Assembly: GCA_963728385.1 (NCBI GenBank)
Contig: CAVSJK010000002.1
Location: 1,224,960-1,288,959 of the forward strand
Source of the DNA: an uncultured delta proteobacterium
Lineage (GTDB): Bacteria > Desulfobacterota > Desulfobulbia > Desulfobulbales > Desulfocapsaceae
DNA length: 64,000 nt
Direction: 5' to 3'
The notes under the pieces are model-generated. The model was not told the origin of the DNA. It saw nothing but the letters and a program-made list of their open reading frames with translations, and made no database searches. Below are positions 47,768 through 57,019 of this stretch, piece by piece. Position 1 is the first letter of the stretch, and each line of letters starts with the position of its first letter. The translations under genes were made by a program, and so were the position numbers.

Positions 47768-47956
47768 ATCGATACCCTGGTATTTTAGCCGCGTTGGTGC
47801 CTGAAATCTGCGCGGCTATAACGAGCTTTCCCACCACCAGATTACTGCATTCTATATCTGATCAGGTACTTCAGTTGTGTGCCGCTGTTGCCTAAAAATC
47901 TGAAATATGAGATGATTCAACGAGGTGAATAAGGATCCGCAGACTATCAATGCATG

Positions 47957-48136
47957 GTAACCGTTCACCAGCACCCCATTTTCGTCCGATCAGGCCCCCT
48001 CACATAGCCAACTATAGCTTGCAGGCCTGCTTGAACGAACCTGGAGCATTGGATACGACGGCCAAGGATGGCACAGGAGCGACAGGTTACAGATCCGGGT
48101 TATGCCGTCTTTTGATGTGTACCGGTGAACGGTTAC
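47957..48136. repeat. Family-1 mosaic repeat, long module (complete, both 13-mer ends)
   Basis: GTAACCGTTCACCagcaccccattttcgtccgatcagg...ggttacagatccgggttatgccg...GGTGAACGGTTAC. Track ORF 47950..48159 lies inside it. Confidence 0.9.
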
Positions 48137-48174
48137 AATGCAGGATGCATTCTTTTTGAAGACAAGGTGATAAA

Positions 48175-49611
48175 TTGCCGGGAAATTATTTCGTTAATCG
48201 ATGTATTAGTGAGACACTCACCGGCTTACGGGACGGCTTGACTTTATTTTCCGGAGCCAGTCGCTCAGCAGTTATATTTACTTTAAAACCATCGGATGAG
48301 TTGTATATCTGCGATCCCCAGAACCTGCTGCGCGGATATGAGCCTAAATTGAAGGCTCTTTATTTCGAGAATGATCATTGGTGCAAACCTCTCGATGGAC
48401 AAAGTCCCTATTGCTCATACAATCACATTGAACCGCAAGCCAATCTATTGTTGGACGGGCTTATTTCCAATGGAGGAAGCTCCAGTTCCGTCTATTATCA
48501 AATGTGGTTTACCGAGCATCACCCAAATCTCTGTTCTCTTCGACCGACTGAATGCTGGCTGGAACATGCCGTCTTGAGATTTTCTCATGATATCGCTAAT
48601 GACAGTACGCTTTATACGGGTATTTCAGGAAGTTTTCTCCGAGAATATGCAGCACATGCCGTTCATGATTGCATAGTTGATATGGCCGGTCTCGTGCTGG
48701 GTCTTGATGTAAAAGTACGTATTTACCCGATGCTTGATGCCATTCTGGGTATTTCAAAAACCAGTGAAGAGGGCGTCCGCCCCCACGGCACTCTTGTTTT
48801 TATTGAACCGAGATTCCTCAAAGATATCCACTTTCTGGCGCGATTCCAAAATTCGGAACAACCTCCGCTGAACAATTTCAAACATGTGCGCAAACTCCTT
48901 CAGGCGGTAGAACATTCCCATCGTGCACTTATTTCCGATGGTACTAATGTTCTTGGAGTTGCGGAAAAACCCATAACTCCTTTTCATATCGCTGCTGACT
49001 TTCAGGGAAAACTTGGATTCCTTCACGTAGGAGAGGAAGTTATATGCAGTTTTCAAGACGGTAGTTACAGCTCGGATACACATAGAGCAAAGCTGTTTGA
49101 AGTCGAGGAGGCCCTGCTGGATTACAACATCGAGCCGGCCGTCAGGGACGGTTTGTTCAAAATTATCGCCTCACTTGTCCACAATGCAGAGGACAATATG
49201 TTCGGTTGCTCGTTTGTTGTCGATCTGGCATCCGAACCAACAGCGATTGCCGGACAGGTATTGACACCACCAGTTAGTCTGCTGGAACCGGAAATACTCA
49301 ACCTTGCAGCGGGACTTTCAAAAGTTGACGGTGCATTGCATATCCGCCCAGACCTTCATCTACACGGCTTCGCCTGTCTGCTTGATGGTCACAGAGTGGC
49401 TAATGAAAACAGAGCACGGGGAGCACGGTATAATTCCGCTCTCCGTTTTACGGCTCAATATCCTGAGACCATTGTTGTTGTCGTTTCATCCGACAGACCT
49501 GTCTCCATATTCCAACAAGGCAGGGTGATAACCAAAAACAATTCTCCCCTCCCCCCACGAAGTGCATTTTCTCCGTTGCCCCTAAGAGACTGGCTGGAGG
49601 GGGCTGAGTGA
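48175..49611 (+). CDS. Hypothetical protein with C-terminal DisA_N/diadenylate-cyclase-like domain (degenerate motifs)
   Basis: TTG start with AAGGTG RBS. C-terminal ~140 aa: GCSFVVD...SKVDGALHIRPDLHLHGFACLLDG...RGARYNSALRFTAQYPETIVVVVSSDRPVSIFQQG follows the DAC order (GALIVI..DGA..GTRHRAA..VVSEE.G.IS). The RHR motif is replaced by RYN. The N-terminal ~330 aa match no family I recognise. Confidence 0.6.
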   Translation: MPGNYFVNRCISETLTGLRDGLTLFSGASRSAVIFTLKPSDELYICDPQNLLRGYEPKLKALYFENDHWCKPLDGQSPYCSYNHIEPQANLLLDGLISNGGSSSSVYYQMWFTEHHPNLCSLRPTECWLEHAVLRFSHDIANDSTLYTGISGSFLREYAAHAVHDCIVDMAGLVLGLDVKVRIYPMLDAILGISKTSEEGVRPHGTLVFIEPRFLKDIHFLARFQNSEQPPLNNFKHVRKLLQAVEHSHRALISDGTNVLGVAEKPITPFHIAADFQGKLGFLHVGEEVICSFQDGSYSSDTHRAKLFEVEEALLDYNIEPAVRDGLFKIIASLVHNAEDNMFGCSFVVDLASEPTAIAGQVLTPPVSLLEPEILNLAAGLSKVDGALHIRPDLHLHGFACLLDGHRVANENRARGARYNSALRFTAQYPETIVVVVSSDRPVSIFQQGRVITKNNSPLPPRSAFSPLPLRDWLEGAE

Positions 49612-49655
49612 AGGAAACTTTCTCACCGGCTTGGACCAATGAGCTGAGCAGTTTT

Positions 49656-49910
49656 TCAGAGATCGTAAACCCAATCGGGAATGTGGTTCAGTATATAATT
49701 CTGAACTGCTGCTTTTTTTTCACCTGCCTCCACTTCACCGACGGCAGCTTTCACCTCTTCAAAGTCAAACCAACAGAGTTCTTTATCGTCTTTGCTATAT
49801 ACAGTCAGAATCCTTTTGTCGTTCCTCTCGACATCTTCTTCTTCCTGTATGGCACCAACAAGGTTCACAGCTTCCTGGTAACTCAGGAATTTCACAGTTT
49901 CTTCACTCAT
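49656..49910 (-). CDS. Small acidic hypothetical protein (84 aa)
   Basis: ATG with GGGGA RBS. Sits downstream of the rpmB terminator. No family recognised. Confidence 0.45.
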   Translation of the reverse strand: MSEETVKFLSYQEAVNLVGAIQEEEDVERNDKRILTVYSKDDKELCWFDFEEVKAAVGEVEAGEKKAAVQNYILNHIPDWVYDL

Positions 49911-49920
49911 AAGATTTCCC

Positions 49921-49960
49921 CAAACACAAAAAGGCGATCAGGATTTCATCCTGTCGCCTT
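49921..49960 (-). terminator. Rho-independent terminator after rpmB
   Basis: On the minus strand: AAGGCGACAGGAT-GAA-ATCCTGATCGCCTT (one bulge) followed by TTTTGTGTTT. Confidence 0.7.
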
Positions 49961-49982
49961 ATATACTACAGTTAATGACTTT

Positions 49983-50177
49983 TCAGGCAGATTTTACAAC
50001 TGCTCCGGATCGAATGCATCGGGTACATACTTTGGTTCTCTTGGTGTTGCCGCCAGAAGTGACCATACGGACCATTTTCAAGTTTGGCAGCCAACGCCTT
50101 CTGGTCTTGTTATGTGCGTGGGAAACATTGTTTCCCACCATAGGTCCTTTTCCGCATATTTCACATACCTTTGCCAT
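49983..50177 (-). CDS. rpmB: 50S ribosomal protein L28
   Basis: [33 protein letters not shown] is a canonical L28 N-terminus. Confidence 0.95.
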   Translation of the reverse strand: MAKVCEICGKGPMVGNNVSHAHNKTRRRWLPNLKMVRMVTSGGNTKRTKVCTRCIRSGAVVKSA

Positions 50178-50604
50178 TGTCTTCTCCTTCTATCCCATTC
50201 CCCTACCTTCCGGCCAGTTGAATGGAGAAATGCATGAATTGTGTGTTAGTAAGCGATTCTTCAGAATCTGACTTTTTACCCTCTTTTAAAATTTAAGGCA
50301 AGGTATTTCCCACTGGTAGAGTATATCATTACTCATTTTTTCTTGAACAGGAATATCAGGCACCAATTTTGTAAAAACTATAGCATACCAAGCGTAAAAC
50401 AATGTTCTTTCCATTTTTTTGCGCAAATTTGGTGTTCTTACATTGAAAATCAGCTAAGCTGTCATCGACTTCAGTACTTTCGAACAGTCCTTCCGGTTAG
50501 GGCAGACTCTCTGTGTACGTTTACCGGTTCTCTTCTTGCAATCTTGTGAAACCTATTGTAAAAAATCTGAATTCAACAATAATTCCTATTACGAACATAA
50601 TTCA

Positions 50605-51927
50605 ATGACATTGCTAATTCAATTGTGGGACTTTTTTTCTTCCGTAAAACTGGCTATATTTACTCTTTGTGCCCTAGCTGCCACTTCTATAATCGGTACA
50701 ATCATCCCTCAAGGTGAATCCACCACCTTTTATGTCCGAACATATGGAGCACGAACAGCTCACTTTTTTCAAATTCTGGACATACCGGATATGTACCATT
50801 CATGGTGGTTTCTCGGTCTGTTGGGAATTCTCAGCACAAACCTCATAATCTGCAGCATTGATCGATTCCCACTGGTTTGGAAAATAATAAACACCGACAA
50901 TCTCGCTCTAGCACCAGCTCGAATTGAGAAAATGTCAAACAGCAGTAAATGGGAATTCGGCACCAATAAACTTCAACAAATTGATCTTAAAGCACTTCTC
51001 AAGCAAAACGGCTGGACTGCAACCTCGAAAAAACTTGGCGATGACGAACTCTACTTCAGTCAGAAAGGGCGATGGAGTCGTGCGGGTGTATACATTGTCC
51101 ATATTTCCATCCTGCTGATTTTTGTCGGTGCCGTTATTGGCGATTTCTTTGGTTTTAAGGGAAGTGTCATGATTCCGGAAATGAATTCCACCCAAAAGGT
51201 ATTCGCCTACAAGAATGGAGGGTCATTAGACCTAGGATTTGCTGTGCGATGTAACTCTTTTACTATAGAATTTTATGATAACGGAATGCCGAAGGACTAT
51301 AAAAGCAGTCTCTCTATTCTCGAAGACGGACGGGAGGTACTTACTAAGGAAATTGAGGTTAATGATCCCCTCACCTACAAGGGATTAACCTTTTACCAGT
51401 CGAGCTATGAGGGATATCAGGATTTTATTTTCAACATCACCGAAATTGGCTCCGGAGATTCCAAGCGATTTATTATCCCCTTTCAACAGCAAATGTCCTG
51501 GGAAGAAAAGGACCTCCATTTTGGAATCATCAACGCCGAAGCGATTGGACAAAGGATAGTACGTTCAAAACTCTGGTTTAAGGCGGGGGAACATCCTGCA
51601 TCTGTCGAATGGCTCAAGGACAATAGTAAAACCATTTTCACCGATGGAATAAAAGAATATAGTATTTCAGCAAAACAAATGTATGCAACCGGCTTGCAGG
51701 TGGCAAAGGATCCTGGCATATGGGTCGTCTATATAGGCTGTGGTATCATGTTGTTTGGTCTCTATATAGCTTTTTTTATGTCGCATCAGAGGATATGGCT
51801 GTATAAAAAAATCGACTCACCTGTCCCTCAACTTTGGTTGTCAGGGTCCGCTAACAAAAATAAAATGGCATTCGCTAAAAGTTTCAGCGAACTAAAAAAT
51901 AGCATTGAACACGCAGTGCAACGATAA
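50605..51927 (+). CDS. ccsB: Cytochrome c biogenesis protein CcsB/ResB (System II)
   Basis: Start moved to ATG 50605 (MTLLIQLWDFFSSVKLAIFTL). N-terminal TM helices, a large periplasmic domain and a C-terminal TM helix. Adjacent to ccsA. Confidence 0.85.
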   Translation: MTLLIQLWDFFSSVKLAIFTLCALAATSIIGTIIPQGESTTFYVRTYGARTAHFFQILDIPDMYHSWWFLGLLGILSTNLIICSIDRFPLVWKIINTDNLALAPARIEKMSNSSKWEFGTNKLQQIDLKALLKQNGWTATSKKLGDDELYFSQKGRWSRAGVYIVHISILLIFVGAVIGDFFGFKGSVMIPEMNSTQKVFAYKNGGSLDLGFAVRCNSFTIEFYDNGMPKDYKSSLSILEDGREVLTKEIEVNDPLTYKGLTFYQSSYEGYQDFIFNITEIGSGDSKRFIIPFQQQMSWEEKDLHFGIINAEAIGQRIVRSKLWFKAGEHPASVEWLKDNSKTIFTDGIKEYSISAKQMYATGLQVAKDPGIWVVYIGCGIMLFGLYIAFFMSHQRIWLYKKIDSPVPQLWLSGSANKNKMAFAKSFSELKNSIEHAVQR

Positions 51928-51995
51928 GCCGGCTAAAATTTAAGGTTTTACAAGTTCACAATTCTCAACTCACGGAATCAAACGGGGTTTAACGT

Positions 51996-52913
51996 ATGGA
52001 TAGTTCTCAACTACTCGGTATAACTACTTTTACATATCTCTTTTCAGCAATGTTGTATATTGCCATGCTGGTTTTTAAGATCCCGAAACTTGGTGGCATA
52101 GCTACTCTATTTACAGCTCTGGCCTGGCTGGTGCAGTCTACCGGGCTGGTTTTACGCTGGATTGAGTCCTATCAGCTGGGCATAGGCCACGCACCGCTCA
52201 CTAACATGTATGAATCGGTAGTCTTTTTTGCCTGGGCTATTGTACTTCTCTATCTTTTGATTGAATGGAAATTTAAAACAAAAGTAATCGGTGCATTTGC
52301 TCTTCCCTTTGCTTGTCTGGCCATGGCGTACGCGTCCTTTTCCACCGACCTGAGCAAAACTATCAATCCACTGGTGCCTGCGTTACAATCCAACTGGCTC
52401 ATTGCCCATGTCATTACGTGTTTTGTAGGATATGCGGCCTTCGCCGTTGCTGCCGCCCTGGGCGTTATGTACTTGCTGAAAAGCAGGGCTACGAGTGATT
52501 CCGCCTTCCATATTGCGTCGGGAAAAGATAAGACCGGTCCGCTTGAGGTCAAATCACTCAGCACCGGCGACGCATCCTCCAAGCTTTCCATACACTTTCC
52601 TTCCCTTGAAATCATTGACGATATTATTCATAAAACTATGGTGTTCGGCTTTATCTGGCTGAGTGGCGGCATTATTACAGGAGCGATCTGGGCTAACTCT
52701 GCCTGGGGTACTTACTGGAGCTGGGATCCGAAAGAAACCTGGTCTCTGATCACTTGGTTCTTTTACGCAATCATTCTGCATGCCCGCTATACCCGAGGCT
52801 GGTCAGGCAAACAGATTGCATACCTAGCCATATTTGGATTTGTTTCCGTTCTCTTCACATATTACGGAGTAAATTTCCTTCTTTCCGGCCTGCACAGCTA
52901 TGGGTCAAGTTAG
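51996..52913 (+). CDS. ccsA: Cytochrome c biogenesis protein CcsA/ResC
   Basis: Trp-rich heme-handling motif WANSAWGTYWSWDPKETW. Polytopic membrane protein. Confidence 0.9.
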   Translation: MDSSQLLGITTFTYLFSAMLYIAMLVFKIPKLGGIATLFTALAWLVQSTGLVLRWIESYQLGIGHAPLTNMYESVVFFAWAIVLLYLLIEWKFKTKVIGAFALPFACLAMAYASFSTDLSKTINPLVPALQSNWLIAHVITCFVGYAAFAVAAALGVMYLLKSRATSDSAFHIASGKDKTGPLEVKSLSTGDASSKLSIHFPSLEIIDDIIHKTMVFGFIWLSGGIITGAIWANSAWGTYWSWDPKETWSLITWFFYAIILHARYTRGWSGKQIAYLAIFGFVSVLFTYYGVNFLLSGLHSYGSS

Positions 52914-53016
52914 GATTTTCAACACTACATTGTGGCATTGTGCCGTTTTTTCTACATGTTAACCGGTTTGACAAGGTTAAGCAAAAACTGTATATAGGGA
53001 GCAATAAGGTATAATA

Positions 53017-53077
53017 GGTGTAAACGTTTACAGGGCTGTAGTTATGCGAGCAATTCGCTATTCCAGGTGAACGGTTA
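53017..53077. repeat. Family-1 repeat, short module
   Basis: GGTGtAAACGTTTACagggctgtagttatgcgagcaattcgctattccaGGTGAACGGTTA, between ccsA and the cytochrome c3 gene. Confidence 0.75.
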
Positions 53078-53131
53078 ATACCAGGGGGTACGAAACTTAT
53101 TAAATCATGATAAAAGTGAAGGAGAATAATT

Positions 53132-53563
53132 ATGCTGAAAAAAATTGTTGTCTGTAGCGTTATAACAATGTTTGCAGTAGGTAGCACCGTCATTACCTCT
53201 ATGGCAGCTGATGAAAAAGGACCGGCGGAGATTACCATCGTCAATAGTAAAAGTGCCAAACCCAAGCCGGCTCAGTTCCCGCACAGAAAACACCAGGAGT
53301 TGTACAAATGCGCAGAATGTCATCATGGAATGGCCGATGGTAAGCAAGTTCCCTATGTTGAAGGACAGAAAATACAGAAATGCGAGGCATGTCATAATGA
53401 GGATGTGCTTGCCGGCAAAAAGAAAGGCAACTTGAAGCTTGACACCCTAAAAGGTGCCGGACATGGTAAATGCCTTGAGTGTCATAAAGAAATGGTTAAA
53501 AAGGATGCCGCTTTAAAAGAGAAAAACCTGACTAAATGTTCAACTTGCCACCACAAAGCTTAG
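53132..53563 (+). CDS. Periplasmic tetraheme cytochrome c3 family protein
   Basis: Signal peptide. Four CxxCH motifs (CAECH, CEACH, CLECH, CSTCH) in a mature protein of about 115 aa. AAGGAG RBS. Confidence 0.88.
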   Translation: MLKKIVVCSVITMFAVGSTVITSMAADEKGPAEITIVNSKSAKPKPAQFPHRKHQELYKCAECHHGMADGKQVPYVEGQKIQKCEACHNEDVLAGKKKGNLKLDTLKGAGHGKCLECHKEMVKKDAALKEKNLTKCSTCHHKA

Positions 53564-53590
53564 TGGTAGCTTTTCATCTCAAATAAAAAA

Positions 53591-53624
53591 AAGGGAATTC
53601 ATGGTTCATGAATTCCCTTTTTTT
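53591..53624. terminator. Bidirectional rho-independent terminator (cytochrome c3 / glyS)
   Basis: AAGGGAATTCATG-gtt-CATGAATTCCCTT, a 13-bp perfect stem flanked by an A-run upstream and a T-run downstream. Confidence 0.85.
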
Positions 53625-53658
53625 GGGGATATTGGGATAAAACTTTTGAAACTTTTTA

Positions 53659-55734
53659 TTAACTTTCCTGCAATTTTGAGATATCCCCGATCTGAAGAAT
53701 AAGGTCTCCAAGAGCCGTGAGCAGGTTAAGTCGATTCTGCCGTACGGCCATATCGTCCGCCATAACCATGACTTCATCGAAAAAAGTATCGACCGGCTTT
53801 TTCATCTTCAGCATCGCTTTCAGCGCCGACAAATAATCTCGAACCGCAATGTACTGTTCCATCTCACTGCTGACTTCCAGAAAGAGTGAGTACAAGAGTT
53901 CTTCTGCATTATGCTCAAATAATGCGGTAGAAACAGAGCGCTGTTCATTATCCTTGATTATGTTTCTGACCCGCTTGTATGAAGCGGCGAGAACTTTAAA
54001 ATCAGGTTCAAGGCTAATTTTTAGAATTGCTTCAATTCGTTTAAGGCAATCATTAACATCGTCGAAATTGACCGAAACAGCGGCATCTACAGCCTCCGCC
54101 GCCATCCCTTGACTGACGCAATCATTAGAAAACCGTCCTTTGATAAAATTAACTACAGCCGCAACCGTCTCATTGCCGGCGTCGACCTTACCCCCGTATA
54201 AAGCAAGCGCCTTGTGAACTATCTCTTTGAGAGAGATAGTATAGTTCTTTCCTTCAATGATATGCAGTATAGCCAGAGAAATTCGTCGCAACCCAAAAGG
54301 ATCGGCAGTCCCCGTAGGTATCTGACCTATACCGAAACAACCTGCAAGGGTATCAAACCTGTCGGCAAGCGCAAGCAAGGCCCCGATATCAGTGGAAGGA
54401 ATGGAGGTTCCAGCACGTCTGGGCATATAATGCTCCTTGATGCCGGTAGCCACCTGGGCATTTTCGCCATCGTGCAGGGCATAAGCTCCCCCCATAATCC
54501 CTTGCAGGGTGGGGAACTCACCCACCATGTCCGATAATAAATCTGTCTTGCAGAGAAGTGCAGCTCGGCATCCATTCTCTATCAGTGATGGATCGACCTT
54601 TTCAGCCAGTATTCTGATTAACTTGACCAACCGATCATTTTTCTCAAGCATAGTTCCCAGCCTAGCCTGAAAAATTATGCCTTGAAGTTTATCAATACGA
54701 TTCTCTAGGCGGATTTCCCTGTCACTGTTGAAAAAGAACAATGCATCTTCGAGTCTTGCCCGCAAAACCCGCTGGTGTCCTTTACGGGTGATATTTATGT
54801 CATTTACCCTGGTATTGTTGACCGCCACGAAACCGGGCAACAGCCCACCTTTTTCATTCACTACGGGAAAATACTTTTGATGCTCACGCATTGAGGTAAT
54901 AAGCACCTCATCCGGCAGCTGCAGGAACTTTTCATCAAAAATCCCGCAAACGCTAAATGGTTTTTCGACAAGATTCTTCACCGTATCGACCAGCTCCTCA
55001 TCGATAGCCACTCTGCCTCCCGGCAGGGCAGGGGAATCCTGGACAACCTTCGTAATTGCAGCAATAACCTCGGTCCTTCTCTTTGCTGGGTCAACGATCA
55101 CATGTTTTTCCAAAAGCTGCGTTTCATAGGTTGCGGCATTTTCTATCTCAATCTTCTCATTGGCAAGAAATCTGTGGCCATAGGTCTGATTTCCCGACGC
55201 AATTCCATCATGGCTTAAGTTCAGTACGTCGTGGCCAAAAAGTGCCACAAGCCATTGGATTGGTCTGGCAAAGGTATGCTGATTACTCCCCCATCGCATT
55301 GATTTAGGAAAGGAAAGTTCAAGAATGAGAGAATGCAAAAGGTCGGGAAGCAACTGCAAAGTGTCTTGACCCTTCACTTCCCGCACCAGCATCAGATATT
55401 CGCCTTTTGGTGTCTCGACTACCTTTAGTTCGCTGACATCTACTCCTTTTGACCCGGCAAAACCAATGGCAGCTTTGGTCATCTTACCATTCCCGTCAAA
55501 AGCGGCCATTTTGGAAGGACCAAGTAACTCTTCCGTAATATCCTTTTGCTTTTCACCTACATCACTAACTATCAGGGTAAGTCTTCGCGGCGTTCCCATC
55601 ACGCTGATAGTCCCATGATCGAGATTGATCTCCGCCGCCTTTCGACTAAACAGTGTCTTTAGCTGTGAAAAGGCCGGTTCAAGATAACCGGCCGGAATTT
55701 CTTCGGTTCCTATTTCAAATAGTAGGTCACGCAT
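53659..55734 (-). CDS. glyS: Glycine--tRNA ligase beta subunit
   Basis: 691 aa. N-terminal LLFEIGTEEIPAGY. Full-length collinear GlyS features. Confidence 0.93.
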   Translation of the reverse strand: MRDLLFEIGTEEIPAGYLEPAFSQLKTLFSRKAAEINLDHGTISVMGTPRRLTLIVSDVGEKQKDITEELLGPSKMAAFDGNGKMTKAAIGFAGSKGVDVSELKVVETPKGEYLMLVREVKGQDTLQLLPDLLHSLILELSFPKSMRWGSNQHTFARPIQWLVALFGHDVLNLSHDGIASGNQTYGHRFLANEKIEIENAATYETQLLEKHVIVDPAKRRTEVIAAITKVVQDSPALPGGRVAIDEELVDTVKNLVEKPFSVCGIFDEKFLQLPDEVLITSMREHQKYFPVVNEKGGLLPGFVAVNNTRVNDINITRKGHQRVLRARLEDALFFFNSDREIRLENRIDKLQGIIFQARLGTMLEKNDRLVKLIRILAEKVDPSLIENGCRAALLCKTDLLSDMVGEFPTLQGIMGGAYALHDGENAQVATGIKEHYMPRRAGTSIPSTDIGALLALADRFDTLAGCFGIGQIPTGTADPFGLRRISLAILHIIEGKNYTISLKEIVHKALALYGGKVDAGNETVAAVVNFIKGRFSNDCVSQGMAAEAVDAAVSVNFDDVNDCLKRIEAILKISLEPDFKVLAASYKRVRNIIKDNEQRSVSTALFEHNAEELLYSLFLEVSSEMEQYIAVRDYLSALKAMLKMKKPVDTFFDEVMVMADDMAVRQNRLNLLTALGDLILQIGDISKLQES

Positions 55735-55928
55735 GAGGATAGAATGTAATTAAAAGTTTATAAGCAGGATATCTGTCATATGTTACTAGGATGCTTTCCG
55801 AGAACGCCCTTTTTTCCCAGCTCATCGTTATATCAGAAAAATAATGCTCGGAATATTAACTATATGCCTGTGCTTATTTTTCTGACATGCCTCGATCTGA
55901 GAAAAAATGCCTATTCTCGGATAAGCTC

Positions 55929-56654
55929 CTAACACGATTCCAATGTCGCGAAAGTAGAAAATTCATCACCAAAATTATGGACAGTCACCGAGTACCATTG
56001 TATCGCCTCAATTCCATCCAAACATGCACCAACCCGTCTGGTAAGTGACTCAACGGATAGGATCTTGTGCTCCTTTAACAAAAGCTCGTTCAATTCATTA
56101 TCCACCGTTTTTTCAATGAGAAGAATAATATCTTCGATCCAGAAAAATTGTCGAAAGCGAACACTCACGTCAGCTTTCCCCCATTTACCCATGGAACCAG
56201 GCAAGCGTTGAATACTTTTTTCAGCAATCGGCAGACTTATCGGCACCTCTACACTCAGGGTAAGTAAATCTTCCTTTTCCAAAAAACCATGCATCGAACA
56301 TTTATAATGTCCAAGATTTCTCGATTTTCCATTTCTGGCTTTTTTGAGGAAATAGGGAAATTCGATTTCCAGATGGGATGCTTCCGCTTCCAGCCGATCC
56401 TTCATTTTTTCAAGAATGATGTGAAAACTCTTGATATCGATTTCACCATGAAATTCGTTGAGAATTTCGACAAATCGGCTCATATGTGTCCCCTTAAACT
56501 TATGGGGCAGGTTCACATACATATTTGCCGTAGCCACTGTCTGTTGACGTTTCCAAGCTTTGTCACGTACCGTGATCGGATAAGAAACGGTTTTGACACC
56601 TACCTTCTTGATATTAATTCTTCGGCTGTCTAGTTGACTCTGGATATCTTTCAT
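55929..56654 (-). CDS. folE2: GTP cyclohydrolase FolE2/MptA family
   Basis: DSRRINIKKVGV, TVATANMYVNLPHKFKGTHMSRFVEIL. Confidence 0.8.
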   Translation of the reverse strand: MKDIQSQLDSRRINIKKVGVKTVSYPITVRDKAWKRQQTVATANMYVNLPHKFKGTHMSRFVEILNEFHGEIDIKSFHIILEKMKDRLEAEASHLEIEFPYFLKKARNGKSRNLGHYKCSMHGFLEKEDLLTLSVEVPISLPIAEKSIQRLPGSMGKWGKADVSVRFRQFFWIEDIILLIEKTVDNELNELLLKEHKILSVESLTRRVGACLDGIEAIQWYSVTVHNFGDEFSTFATLESC

Positions 56655-56662
56655 ATGGTGAG

Positions 56663-57019
56663 CTACTCTTCCCCCAATAGTCTTTGAACCGTCTTTTTTA
56701 ATTCATCCAGATTTCCTGATTTTACAACGTATTCGTCGGATGCCCATGTCCCCAGGTCACGTTTGAACTCCTGATACGCGCTACTGAGTACAACGGGAGT
56801 AGTAGCTTTGAGCATTTTCATCTGACGTAGAACCTCAACTCCATCCATACCCGGCATCTGAATATCTAAAATAACCAGATCAGGATCTTCCTCTTTAAAT
56901 TTTTCCAGAGCGGAGATTCCATCCAAGGCAGAAATGACCTGATAACCTTCATCTTCAAATTCTTCCCGATAGACTATCTGAATAGATTCTTCATCATCAA
57001 CCAGTAATATCTTTTTCAT
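56663..57019 (-). CDS. Single-domain response regulator (CheY-like receiver)
   Basis: KILLVDDEES and LVILDIQMPGMDG (phospho-acceptor Asp). 118 aa. The start overlaps the galT-like 3' end by 23 nt. Confidence 0.88.
   Translation of the reverse strand: MKKILLVDDEESIQIVYREEFEDEGYQVISALDGISALEKFKEEDPDLVILDIQMPGMDGVEVLRQMKMLKATTPVVLSSAYQEFKRDLGTWASDEYVVKSGNLDELKKTVQRLLGEE

Noticed and set aside
49608-50271. 209-aa and 98-aa plus-strand ORFs
   Set aside because: They are antisense to rpmB and to the 84-aa acidic ORF. They are shadow ORFs.
52855-53395. Minus-strand ORFs of 136 aa and 96 aa
   Set aside because: They overlap the ccsA 3' end, a repeat copy and the cytochrome c3 gene on the opposite strand. 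They have no support.
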